DNA of 64,000 nt from Macrostomum lignano (lineage: Eukaryota): contig NIVC01002997.1 of assembly GCA_002269645.1 (NCBI GenBank), forward strand, positions 62,001 through 126,000, in the 5' to 3' direction. The notes under the pieces were generated by a model. That model searched no databases, was not told the DNA's origin, and saw only the letters and a program-made list of their open reading frames with translations. This document shows, in pieces, positions 53,769-64,000 of this stretch (the stretch's first letter is position 1; each line of letters opens with the position of its first letter). The translations under genes and the position numbers were made by a program.

Positions 53769-54543
53769 TCAAAACTCTGTGCGACGGTACTTCGTCCACT
53801 GCATCTGCTCCGTTTCGTTGGCAGAAAAGTCGGAGATGTCAAGCGGCAGGCTGGCGTCAAAGTACGGCAGCAGGACGCACTGCCTCCTTGTCGGGTGCCA
53901 GTAGAAGCCGACGCAGTCACCGAACTCGAACTCAAGACAAGCCATGGTGCACTCGAGGCGGCTCATTCTGATCGACTGGTTCTTCCAACAGCCCGGGTCG
54001 GGTTGCACGCGTTCCTTAATCTCCACGAGATGGAATTCTCCGTTGTCCGGCCTTTTAGCTGCTCGGTTTGCCGCAGTGGCGTCCTGGTAGCAGTAGAATG
54101 GATAAACATCAGTGCATGTCTCGTCTCTCAGCATTTTGTTCGATCCGGTGGTTGTTGTGCAGTCTTGCTGGTAATGATCATTCGGTTCTGAACTTTTAAA
54201 GTAGTCATCGGTGCCATCCGTAACTTGGCCATCCTTAATCCACACCCAGCGGTCTTTGTGCCCTATACCTCTCTCGTTAAGCGCATCGACCAATCCAACC
54301 CACCATTCTCTATCAGGAATGCTATTGCTGATCTTCATGGCGTCGAACACAGGCTTGCTGACCATCTCCTGACCGTTTTCGTGGCAGGTTTTTACCGCGT
54401 CGCAGAATGACTTTTGTAGACTGTACTTTAACGCACCAGGGCTGCTCAGGGGTTCCAACCTCAGTCATGTCGGAGGGGCAAGCCGACTCAGTGACATGAG
54501 CGGCCAGCAGTGGCAACAGAAGCAAAGCTATGGGACTAAACAT
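53769..54543 (-). CDS. Secreted C-type lectin (EPN) + PAN/apple-like protein, copy 3; frameshift in an A-run at 54427-29 as assembled
   Basis: ATG at 54543 (MFSPIALLLLPLLAAHVTESACPSDMTEVGTPEQPWCVK). It continues in another frame as KYSLQKSFCDAVKTC...WWVGL...SEPND...CVGFYWHPTRRQCVLL. Confidence 0.8.
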
Positions 54544-55507
54544 GTCCTGTTTGATGGCTTTAATCCACATGAAAAGAAAAGTTTACCGAAGCATAAAACT
54601 TCTTTCAAAATCAGCTTTTAAGGCTCCGCTGTGGCCCGTTGTTTTTTAACTTTCATCCCCAATCCCGATACTCCTTTCTCACGGCCAAACAGCAGAGTTT
54701 GAGCTTGGTTGCCATGCCACGAATTTCCGTAAGCAAAAAACTGTAATGCAGCTACGGAAGGTTCCTGACTCTCTGACTTCCCTTCAGTTATTGATCCGAG
54801 AGCCAATGACTCCATGCTTCGGTAGACAATCAGACTATTCATTGCTTTGTAGAAAGGATGAGCGAAAATGATTAGGAGGCAAGCATTTAGAAAGCAACAC
54901 TGCACAGAGCGTTTGTAGTTGATAGGACCTGTGCGAACCAGTTACATGTAATTCTAATACGTGGAATTGTGAGCATACATGCAATTTAGCTACTTACATA
55001 AATGTTTTTAAACCCTGATTTATTTGGCTTATCTTCAAGGCCTGTCAAAAGATACGCTTTTTGTACTTTTATGCTGGTAGGGACAGGCAGATAACGTAAC
55101 TGATTTTACCGTTTCTTACACTCGGGGTCTTGGCAGTTTTCTAAAAATAATTAACACGTGAAAGGTTCAGATAAAGTCAGTGTTTCTGCTTTTGGCTATT
55201 TTGTTATGGAGACATGGCGATGGTACATTTAATCAGATGATTGTACGCTCAACCGATGCGATGGTGCATCATTTTTTATCCACCACAGAATGCCAAGAGA
55301 TTCGCATCCTTGATTTCTCACGCAGATTTCTGAAGACGGAGTCAATTAAAAACTTCATTTCAACACAATAAAAAAGCGAAGCATGGGCTAATAAAAACAT
55401 TCGAAGCAAGCAAGTACAAATGAAAAACTGCATCAAATATTGAAAGAAAGCGAGAAGTGCATAATTTCAGAAAAAAATATCCGTCTAAGTATTCTCAAAT
55501 AAAGGAT

Positions 55508-57186
55508 TCAAGCCAAGATTGTGGCATTGAAACTTGGCTGCATCGACGAGGCGTCGATGACAATCGCAGACGCGTTCCCATGGTGACCGCTTTCGTCAGG
55601 CACCTGCGGGGGAACCAGCAGGCGTAGCGTCAGGGACGCCGCTAACAGAGTCACAAGGCCGAACAGCACGGGCAGCTTTGAGCGGACCGCGTTGCGCTGC
55701 TTTGCGCCATTAGTTGACGCGCTTAGAAGATAAGAGGACGCCGCCTTGGCCGTGTTCTCCTGGCTCCCGGTCGGCTCCGATGGCTCGGGCTCCGGCAGGA
55801 GAGGTCGCCGCTCGCTAATCAGCTCCATGTCGGTCTCCATCTCGGCGTTGAAGTGGGCGGTCGTGGCTCGACCTCGCCAGTCGAGGCGTAGCGCGCAGAT
55901 GGCCAGCAGGATGAAGAATGAGACAGATGAAGTGGCGAAGCCGACCCAGAGACCGTTGAGTTCCCAGCCAGCGGCGAAGGCGAGAGAAATTCCTAATGGA
56001 GCGCCGATCACATAGTAGCCGATGAGGTTCATGAGCATCGTGTGCAGATGGCAGTTGCACGCTCTCAGGGCGGCTATGCTGGGATAGGCAGCTAGTTGAA
56101 AGGCCGTATAGATTGACAGGTATGGCGACATTGCCACATACAGCTCTGAGGCTTCGGGTTCCATAGAGAAGATCCGAGGCACCTCGTAGCGCAGTAGGAA
56201 GAAGATTATTCCAATCACGGCGCCTACGGCGCTCATGAAAGCGAGGCTAGTAAGCACTAGCCGGGCCGCTTTTTCGGGCTGCTGGGTGCTCAAGTAGTAG
56301 CCGATGCGAGAGATGAGGGCGCTTCCGATGCCTACCGGGATGAGGAAAGCGATGACGTTGAGCTGAAACAGCACTGACTCGGCCGCGATCTCCGCTTTAC
56401 CGATTAGTCCGGCCAGGAAGTTGCCGTACTCTGTGCCAAAGATCCAGAGAGTCTGGGTGAGCAGGCAGGGCATCACAGTGAGCAAAAACTTGCCCCAGTC
56501 CATGAAGGCGCGAGTGGACCAGCCCGACCAAGTGTCGCGGTGGATGTTCAGACCCCAGATAAAGGCGGTCTGCAGTATTGGAAGCAAGCAGAGACTAATT
56601 GAGAGGCCGAGAGCCGAGCCTGTAAGTCCCAGACCGGCTACTGTCACCAGTAAATACTGCAGCAGAGTGTTGACCCGAGGCAGACGCCCCGAACGACGAA
56701 TGTAGGCCAGAGGTAGCCGACCGCATCAGTGTAGGCAACGAGAGCGTCATTCAGGTTCATGGCCAAGCTGCCAGGCATTAAGATGATGAGAAAACGCTCG
56801 GCTTTGACTGAAATAACCGGGTCTTGGCCCAACAGGATAAGCAGGTTACCCGCGTTCATGACTAACGTCCAGTTAAAGCAGGTCAGCAGCACGGAGGTCA
56901 ACAGTCCGCGCTGTACAAAGTTGCCAACACGATGCTTCTTGCTACCGCCGATGGTCTGCGCTAGAAATGGCATGAGGCCCCAGCGCACCGAGGAAGCGCA
57001 ATTCTCCACCGTCAGCTGCTGGATGGACAGCGCTAGGCCGGCCGCGTCCAGATCCTCCGTGCCTAAAACGCCGCAAAAGGCGAGCGTGACTGGCATCATC
57101 ATAGAGTAGAACAGCTGAGTGGCAGACATCGGCATGCCGCGCCGCATGATCCAGGCCAACTCGCGGGCGCTCTCGACGACTGTCAT
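55508..57186 (-). CDS. MATE/SLC47-family transporter, single-exon CDS, tandem copy A; 1 bp frameshift at 56674-76 as assembled
   Basis: Co-linear with copy B and about 95% identical by eye. One extra C restores LGVNTLL. Real ATG at 57186. Confidence 0.82.
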
Positions 57187-57286
57187 GTCTGCAGACTGAA
57201 GCTGATTGCTGGTTGCTGATTTTACGCCCGATACGCAAACTAAGCGAATGAATATTGTTACTTTCACTTGCCTAATGCAATTGGCC

Positions 57287-57294
57287 TATTTATA
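57287..57294 (-). promoter_or_regulatory. Candidate TATA box (TATAAATA) of MATE copy A
   Basis: About 100 nt upstream of the ATG and at the same position in copy B. Confidence 0.5.
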
Positions 57295-57806
57295 AACTAG
57301 TTTTTCCAGACCAGTTTCGCTAAACTGCCTTGTATCCCATGGAAACGAGTTTGATCTCACTTTATCACAACTGCTTTTCTGGTAGCTACAATTAGATAAC
57401 GTAACTGATTTTACCGTTTTCCAACCCCTAAGGTGCTGGCACTTTTCTAAAATAAATAACACGTGAAAATATCAAATAAACGTCTGGATTTCTGCTTTTG
57501 GCTATTTTGTTATGGAGACATGGCGATGGTACATTTAATCAGATGATTGTACGCTCAACCGATGCGATGGTGCATCATATTTATCCACCACAGAATGCCA
57601 AGAGATTCGCATCCTTGATTTCTCACGCAGATTTCTGAAGACGAAGTCAATTAAAAACTTCATTTTAACGCAATAAAAAAGCGAAGCATGGGCTAATAAA
57701 AACATTCGAAGCAAGTACAAAAAAATTGCATCAAACATTGAAAGTAAGCGAGAAGTGCATAATTTCAGAAAAAATATATCCGTCAAAGTATTCTCAAATA
57801 AAGGAT

Positions 57807-59486
57807 TCAAGCCAAGACTGTGGCATTGAAACTTGGCTGCATGGACGAGGCGTCGATGACAATCGCAGACGCGTTCCCATGGTGACCGCTTTCGCCAGGC
57901 ACCCGCGGCGGCACAAGCAGGCGTAGCGTCAGGGACGCCGCTAGCACAGTCACAAGGCCGAATAGCACGGGCAGCTTGGAGCGGACCGCGTTGCGCTGCT
58001 TTGCGCCATTAGTTGACGCGCTCAGAAGATAAGAGGACGCCACCTTGGCCGTGTTCTCCTGGCTCCCGGTCGGCTCCGATGGCTCGGGCTCCGGTAGAAG
58101 AGGTCGCCGCTCGCTAATCAGCTCCATGTCGGTCTCCATCTCGGCGTTGAAGTGGGCGGCAGTGGCTCGACCTCGCCAGTCGAGGCGTAGCGCGCAGATG
58201 GCCAGCAGGATGAAGAATGAGACAGATGAAGTGGCGAAGCCGACCCAGAGGCCGTTGAGTCCCCAGCCGGCGGCGAAGGCGAGAGAAATTCCCAATGGAG
58301 CGCCGATAACATAGTAGCCGATGACGTTCATGAGCAACGTGTGCAGATGGCTGTTGCACGCTCTTAATGCGGCTATGCTGGGATAGGCAGCTAGTTGAAA
58401 GGCCGTATAGATTGACAGGTATGGAGACATTGCCACATACAGCTCTGTGGCTTCGGGTTCCAGAGAGAAGATCCGAGGCACCTCATAGCGCAGTAGGAAG
58501 AAGATTATTCCAATCACGGCGCCCATAGTGCCCATAAAGGCCAGGCTAGTAAGCACTAGCCGGACCAATTTTTCGGGCTGCTGGGTGCTCAAATAGTAGC
58601 CGATGCGAGAGATGAGGGCGCTTCCGATGCCTACCGGGATGAGGAAAGCGATGACGTTGAGCTGGAACAGCACTGACTCGGCCGCGATCTCCGCTTTGCC
58701 TATCAGTCCGGCCAGAAAGTTGCCGTACTCTGTGCCTAAGTACCACAGAGACTGGGTGAGCAGGCAGGGCATCACGGTGTACAAAAACTTGCCCCAGTCC
58801 ATGAAGGCGCGAGTGGACCAGCCCGACCAAGTGTCGCGGTGGATGTTCAGACCCCAGATAAAGGCGGTCTGGAGTATTGGAAGCAAGCAGAGACTAATTG
58901 AGAGGCCAAGAGCCGAGCCTGTAAGTCCCAAACCGGCTACTGTCACCAGTAAATACTGCAGCAGAGTGTTGGCGCCGAGGGAGACGCACCGAACGACAAA
59001 TGTAGGCCAGAGGTAGCCGACCGCATCAGTGTAGGCGTTGAGAGCGTCGTACAGGTTCATGGACAAGCTGCCGGGCATTAGGATTATGAGAAAACGCTCG
59101 GCTTTGACTGAAATAACCGGGTCTTGGCCCAACAGGATAAGCAGGTTACCCGCGTTCATGACTAACGTCCAGTTAAAGCAGGTCAGCAGCACAGAGGTCA
59201 ACAGTCCGCGCTGTACAAAGTTGCCAACACGATGCTTCTTGCTACCGCCGATGGTCTGCGCTAGAAATGGCATGAGGCCCCAGCGCACCGAGGAAGCGCA
59301 ATTCTCCACCGTCAGCTGAAAGATGGACAGCGATAGTCCGGCCGCGTCTAGATCCTCCGTGCCTAACGCACCGCAAAAGGCGAGCGTGACTGGCATCATC
59401 ATGCAGTAGAACAGCTGAGTGGCAGACATCGGCATGCCGCGCCGCATGATCCAGGCCAACTCGCGGGCGCTCTCGACGACTGTCAT
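57807..59486 (-). CDS. MATE/SLC47-family transporter, single-exon CDS, tandem copy B, 559 aa
   Basis: Uninterrupted ORF from ATG 59486. MATE motifs (LGTEDLDAAGL, LAQTIG, IPVGIGSALISRIG..L, GAPLG...GLNGLWVG, DW) plus a C-terminal extra TM helix. Confidence 0.92.
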   Translation of the reverse strand: MTVVESARELAWIMRRGMPMSATQLFYCMMMPVTLAFCGALGTEDLDAAGLSLSIFQLTVENCASSVRWGLMPFLAQTIGGSKKHRVGNFVQRGLLTSVLLTCFNWTLVMNAGNLLILLGQDPVISVKAERFLIILMPGSLSMNLYDALNAYTDAVGYLWPTFVVRCVSLGANTLLQYLLVTVAGLGLTGSALGLSISLCLLPILQTAFIWGLNIHRDTWSGWSTRAFMDWGKFLYTVMPCLLTQSLWYLGTEYGNFLAGLIGKAEIAAESVLFQLNVIAFLIPVGIGSALISRIGYYLSTQQPEKLVRLVLTSLAFMGTMGAVIGIIFFLLRYEVPRIFSLEPEATELYVAMSPYLSIYTAFQLAAYPSIAALRACNSHLHTLLMNVIGYYVIGAPLGISLAFAAGWGLNGLWVGFATSSVSFFILLAICALRLDWRGRATAAHFNAEMETDMELISERRPLLPEPEPSEPTGSQENTAKVASSYLLSASTNGAKQRNAVRSKLPVLFGLVTVLAASLTLRLLVPPRVPGESGHHGNASAIVIDASSMQPSFNATVLA

Positions 59487-59586
59487 GTCTGCAGGCTGAA
59501 GCTGATTGCTGATTGCTGATTTTATGCTCGATATACGTATTAAACGAATGAATATTGTTGCTTTCACTTGCGCGGTGCAGCTGGCG

Positions 59587-59594
59587 TATTTATA
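59587..59594 (-). promoter_or_regulatory. Candidate TATA box (TATAAATA) of MATE copy B
   Basis: Same spacing as in copy A. Confidence 0.5.
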
Positions 59595-60214
59595 AACTAG
59601 TTTTTCCAGACCAGTTTCGCCTAACTGCCTGGTATCCCGTAGAAACGAGTTTGTTCACGCTTTCTCGCAACTAGTTTTCTAAAATTAGTCCTTTACGACG
59701 ATAATTTTGGAATTAAAGTTAAACCGGAAATTGGGAGGGGAGAATGTAGCAGCCAGTTTGAGGCACTCAGGCAGCTTCACTAGTGAGAGTCTCTGCATCG
59801 GCAGACGAGAGTAGCCCACACGTTTGCTAGTAGGTCAAAGGTAGAAAGTTTCACGTGTTTCGTTATCAGTTCATGCAACTGTCGCAACTGCACGCTATGA
59901 GGGTGTGGGAACACTGGCGTGAGCAGACAGGCCTGAAGAGTTTGCATCGAATGCTCGTGCGTCTGGAGTGGATTGCACACCAGTTTTTGCCAGTTTAGAA
60001 CCAGTTTTCTATCTGATTAGCAAAAAGTTATTTCAAGTGCAAGCAGGGGTCATATAAAGTGACCTACTATTTTGTCGTAGGTAGTGACAAGAATTTAATG
60101 GAGCCACTATCTTATTGACTCGTAATATGCATGTACTTTCTTTATTTAACAAACGAAGTCAATGTTGACCTTCTCAACAATTCGCATCATCATATAGCCG
60201 TTCAGTACCAGGAA

Positions 60215-60610
60215 GTCTTTTCATTCCAGAGCATTTGAAAACCGCAGTAACCGCAGGCGAATTCCGCATATGAGGGGTGAACAAAAATTTTCTGGATTTG
60301 AACAGATAGTTAATGGGCTACTGACAATCAATGTACAAGAAGAGTTGGACAACGCTCAGAGAGAGCACTCGCCATTTGTGGTAGGCACTGGTTGGGATAC
60401 CCCACACCAGTGACTGTGACCTGCTGCACAAGTAACACCATGGCTGAATGGCCGGCTTAGTCGCAAAATTGCTTCCATTTGCTCAGCGACACAAAGGTGG
60501 GGTGCTTCCTATTGGAATCCCCTAGGGCCGACTGCTACGTTGTCTCTAGGTCAAATTTGTAGATCCAGGACTCATCGCCACTGAAGATTTCCCAGAACGA
60601 GTGGGAATGA
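60215..60610 (-). mobile_element. Degenerate mariner transposase catalytic-domain relic
   Basis: The reverse strand reads FSGDESWIYKFDLETT*QS (mariner TGDETW.Y.YDPE.K.QS) and later HPSY...C, with stops. Confidence 0.65.
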
Positions 60611-60699
60611 CCGAGTATGTTGCGGCACGACGTCACTAAGGCCTGTTTTTACTCCTTGGTACTTGATCCTTTGCTCTTTGATGAGGTATCCGGCGGGCC

Positions 60700-61340
60700 G
60701 AAATCTTTCTGAGATGAAGCTTCGTTGAGAATCGTTGGGATGTAAATCTGAGAAAAATCTGATGGTGAACTTTCAGAAGTGCCAGTGGAACAAGACGCGA
60801 GTGAATTTCTCGGGGTTCGTGGTGGATAACGGAAAAGTATACCAGAACGAGGACAAGGTTCAAGCCATCAAGAGCATGTCACTACCTAAGAATTTAATGA
60901 AGCTGGAGTCCTGGCTCGGGCTTGTCAACTTCTGTGCCAAGATTTTTTCAAGACATTCAAGACATGACAGCACCGTTGGTTCGTCTGAAGCAGGAGGATG
61001 TGGTGTTCCGTTGGGTACCAGCCGAGATGAGCACACACCAGATGATACAGCAATCCATTTTCAAAAACACCGTACTGCGACCTCATGACCTCAATCTGCC
61101 TTTGAACTGGAAGTAGATGCTTCAGGAATGTCTCTTGGAGGTGTTCTTAGTCAGGAAGGTCAGCCTCATGTTCTGTTTAAAAGCAAGATTCTATTTCAGG
61201 CAGAGACGAAGACGAATTACTCCCAGATAGAGCGGGAGGCTCTCGCTATCGTGTGTGGAATTCATAATGCCACATGTTTCTATGCGGCAGCTAGACTGCA
61301 GAGATGGGCCATTATCCTGACTGCGTATGATTGAGATACA
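60700..61340 (+). mobile_element. Degenerate Ty3/Gypsy pol relic (RT C-terminus + RNase H)
   Basis: LMVNFQKCQW...KVQAIKSMSLP...WLGLVNF, TAPLVRL...VFRW, VDASG.SLGGVLSQ, NYSQIEREALAIV and RLQRWAIIL, with frameshifts. Confidence 0.8.
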
Positions 61341-63331
61341 TTACCGATCTAAGTGATAGGCCGTGTGGGCCTGTCCGAAGATAGCTTTTAACAAAAGACA
61401 TGATTTTGAAACAAATTTGCAGTTTTCAAGTTCCGAAATTGAAATTGAATACGTCAATTTAGTGCTAAAGAACGGAAAACTTTACCAAAAAATTGCAAGA
61501 TTTGCAGCGTCTTACGTCAGCTGTTCAAAGTTCGTGTGCGCCAGCGCCCTTATCGCGTAATCCAGACGAAGGAATGAAAAACAAAAACAAGAGAATTGCA
61601 TTAATATGCTACTTTCTACTGTTGCTAGCAGTATGTTTGGACTGTGCTTTAACTTTGAAACAGGTTTGCCGTATTTTAATAATGTTTCTGAATCATTGAA
61701 CTTTTTTTCAAATCACTGTACCTCGTGGTTAAGTTTGAACTGGAGTTTGAAAGAAAGTTAGGAACTGAATGAATTTTTGGGTATTCTATTATGAACTCGT
61801 TACCAGTAGCATTATGGTGTCCAGCATACGAAGAAAGTAGCAAAAAGGCATTGTTACTTTAAGTAAGAGCATGAAAACTATATCATTAAAGTCTCCAGAC
61901 ATGAGCCCCATCGAGCAACGCGAAGAGTTCATCAGGGTACATTGTTTAACTGTTGTGCCGCGTGACTTGACTTGACTATTGCTCTGCCCCACCTTTACCA
62001 AGGTCAGGGCACCCAACTCGGCCCTACTAAGGGACCTTTCCGACGTTTTCAGCTCCAAGAATCTCTGCCAACTCATACACTTACCCTAAAGTTATCGGGC
62101 GAGCGACCATCCACCTCCTGGACTCAACGCCACCCCGATGTATCCGGATATCCAGAGTCCCCTGCAGCTTAGCCAAGTAAGTCAAGTAGCTATTGCTCTC
62201 CCAGCGGACGAGCGTATGTTCGCGTGGATTGTTATGCGTAGCACAAGGCAAAGCGTGCGTGTCTTCAGCGTCGATACTGATACAGTGTATGAATTGAACA
62301 AGTTAGAAAGTTCTGCATCAGATTCTGTATGTTATTGGTTTTATCAAGAAGCGGTGACCTCTCCCTCTCTCAATTTATTATTCGAAGCTGAGAAAGTGAT
62401 TGGCTAAGATAGTTACGAGTATGATTGGATAGGAAAACACGAAAAAACGGTAAGTTGCAAGGCTACATGTAAGAACAAAATGTTTGGGACAAGTTAGTTT
62501 TGAACTGGAATATACGAGACACTGGAGGCAAACAGTAAATAAGAACTCTGCAAAGCTGAGTCACTCTTGCTGCAGCTTTAAATGGTACTGACTCAACCAA
62601 AAATGATGTCCTAGAAATTTCCAATCCAGAATTAAAGCGCACAGTCCAATCACAGTTTAGATTAGCAACTGTGCTGCGAAACAATTGAGGACTGCATGAT
62701 CAAAGATTCCTCACGAGAACAGGACCCGCCCAAAGTGCTAATGTCAAACGTCGAAAGAATGATTCATAGAATTGTGCAGAAAGCTTACGAAATACAGCAC
62801 GCAAAAAATAAGAGATTTAAAAAAATTATATTTTGACGCTTCTGACGTTAAATAGAGTTTTTACCAGTTTTACCATAGTCCATCAAGAAAAGCTTTAGAA
62901 AACATTCATTAGCACTAAGAGATTGGAATAATTGAAATTTCTCTGAAATCCTGCTCTCTTACCAATCTAGTGTAGTTTTTATCGAAACTTCAGCTGGATA
63001 AAATATGAAAATGAAAATCTTGAAAGGGGAAATTTTGAAAAGTAGCGTTCTTATAATCAAGTAGTCCGTTCTTGTCTCTGTCACGTGACCTGGGCACGAA
63101 TATGGGAGAAATGGGAAAAATTTCAAGTTGGCGCTTGAATCCTTTCGAATCCATCAGTTAGTTTCCCTCGACATTGTACAACGACCTCCGTATTTAAAAT
63201 GTAATTAAAGTCATGTGATGGGCCTGAAAACCTGAATATCTAAGAAGCTCTTACATACTTTTCTCTAATTCTGATCATCGGGTCCAAATTGATCGCCATT
63301 CCAAAAGAATGCCTGAATATGAGTTCAAGCT

Positions 63332-64000
63332 TCAAACGTCAAGCTGCGTTGGTCGAGTCTCAGCCTGCACTTGAACTACCTCCCTCACGGCCCCATTTGA
63401 GTTGCCAACCTCGGGAACCGCCGAATACCGGACGCGTAGTGGCTGCCCAGCACCGTCACCGCTGCCCAGCTGGCCGCAGCACCGCCCACAGGCCCGAGAG
63501 TCGGCAACGGGTGAAGCAAAAGCAAAGTAGATGATTGGGTTGAGCACGCTGTGCAGCAGAACGAGGTGGCGCAGCAGCGGCATCAGCGGCGAGTCGGCGA
63601 GCAAGCGACCGTTAGAAAATACGTTGGCCAGGATGGCTAGGAGATACGGCAACCAGCAGGCTAGGAAGGCGGTTACAACTGTCAGACTCATGTACACCGC
63701 CCTGATTTTAGCTCGCGATAGGAGCCGACTGCCGGATGCACGATGGACGGTCAAGCGCTGACTAATTACTCCAGTGTTGCTGCTGCTGTGGGCTTCGCTA
63801 GCGCAGCTAATGCTATTTGGGTTGGACAGCTCGGCATTGTGGGCGGCTCGGGTGCGGCGCCAAATTGTTTGTACAATTCGAGTGTAACAATAGACCATGA
63901 TAGTTGTGGGAATGGCGAACACAAACAACGGTACGTAAAGAACGTAAACTTTACGCTGCCAATCGGCCGTGTAGCCACTGCTACTACATTGAATAACGCT
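63332..64000 (-). CDS. Class A GPCR, GnRH/vasopressin/CCAP-superfamily-like, 3' part (5' end beyond the window)
   Basis: The frame is open to the window edge: QCSSSGYTADWQRKVY, FAIPTTIMVYCYTRI, LSRAKIRAVYMSLTVVTAFLACWLPY and VLNPIIY. Confidence 0.85.
   Translation of the reverse strand, partial: SVIQCSSSGYTADWQRKVYVLYVPLFVFAIPTTIMVYCYTRIVQTIWRRTRAAHNAELSNPNSISCASEAHSSSNTGVISQRLTVHRASGSRLLSRAKIRAVYMSLTVVTAFLACWLPYLLAILANVFSNGRLLADSPLMPLLRHLVLLHSVLNPIIYFAFASPVADSRACGRCCGQLGSGDGAGQPLRVRYSAVPEVGNSNGAVREVVQVQAETRPTQLDV

Noticed and set aside
55508-59486. Horizontal transfer of bacterial MATE genes (suggested by the lack of introns)
   Set aside because: The proteins have the long C-terminal tail with an extra TM helix typical of animal SLC47, and a eukaryotic TATA-like promoter.
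61890-62260. Tc1 relic (SPDMSPIEQ)
   Set aside because: Only a 9-residue motif with no convincing flanking homology or TIR.

Overview
Eukaryotic (metazoan) genomic DNA, most likely from a flatworm. The main basis is an EF-hand + dynein-light-chain (TAL-type) gene, a platyhelminth-restricted architecture. The repeat-rich, duplication-rich style would fit Macrostomum, but that is inference only. The window has two very different halves. Positions 1-34.8 kb hold spliced genes whose introns and flanks carry about 15 unrelated mini/microsatellites: the 3' part of a MATE/SLC47 transporter (+), an NPY/NPF-like GPCR (-), a TAL-like gene (+), and a divergent CK1-like kinase (-) with a duplicated exon block. 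Positions 35-60 kb have no such arrays and hold eight co-oriented (-) coding units without introns in the CDS, in three tandem families: 2 Vav-like RhoGEFs (CH-DH-PH-C1-SH2, no SH3), 4 secreted C-type-lectin + PAN/apple-like genes (1 pseudogene), and 2 MATE transporters. The Vav and lectin paralogs show patchwork sequence exchange. A GnRH/vasopressin-family GPCR runs off the right edge. Mobile DNA includes RTE-like LINE fragments, two tRNA-derived SINE families, Tc1/mariner remnants, a long-TIR mariner derivative, a non-LTR RNase H relic and a Gypsy pol relic. Several frameshifts are short homopolymer indels and may be long-read consensus errors rather than real pseudogenisation. Most long ORFs in the supplied track are tandem-repeat artefacts. 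All homology calls come from motif recognition by eye; no searches were run.
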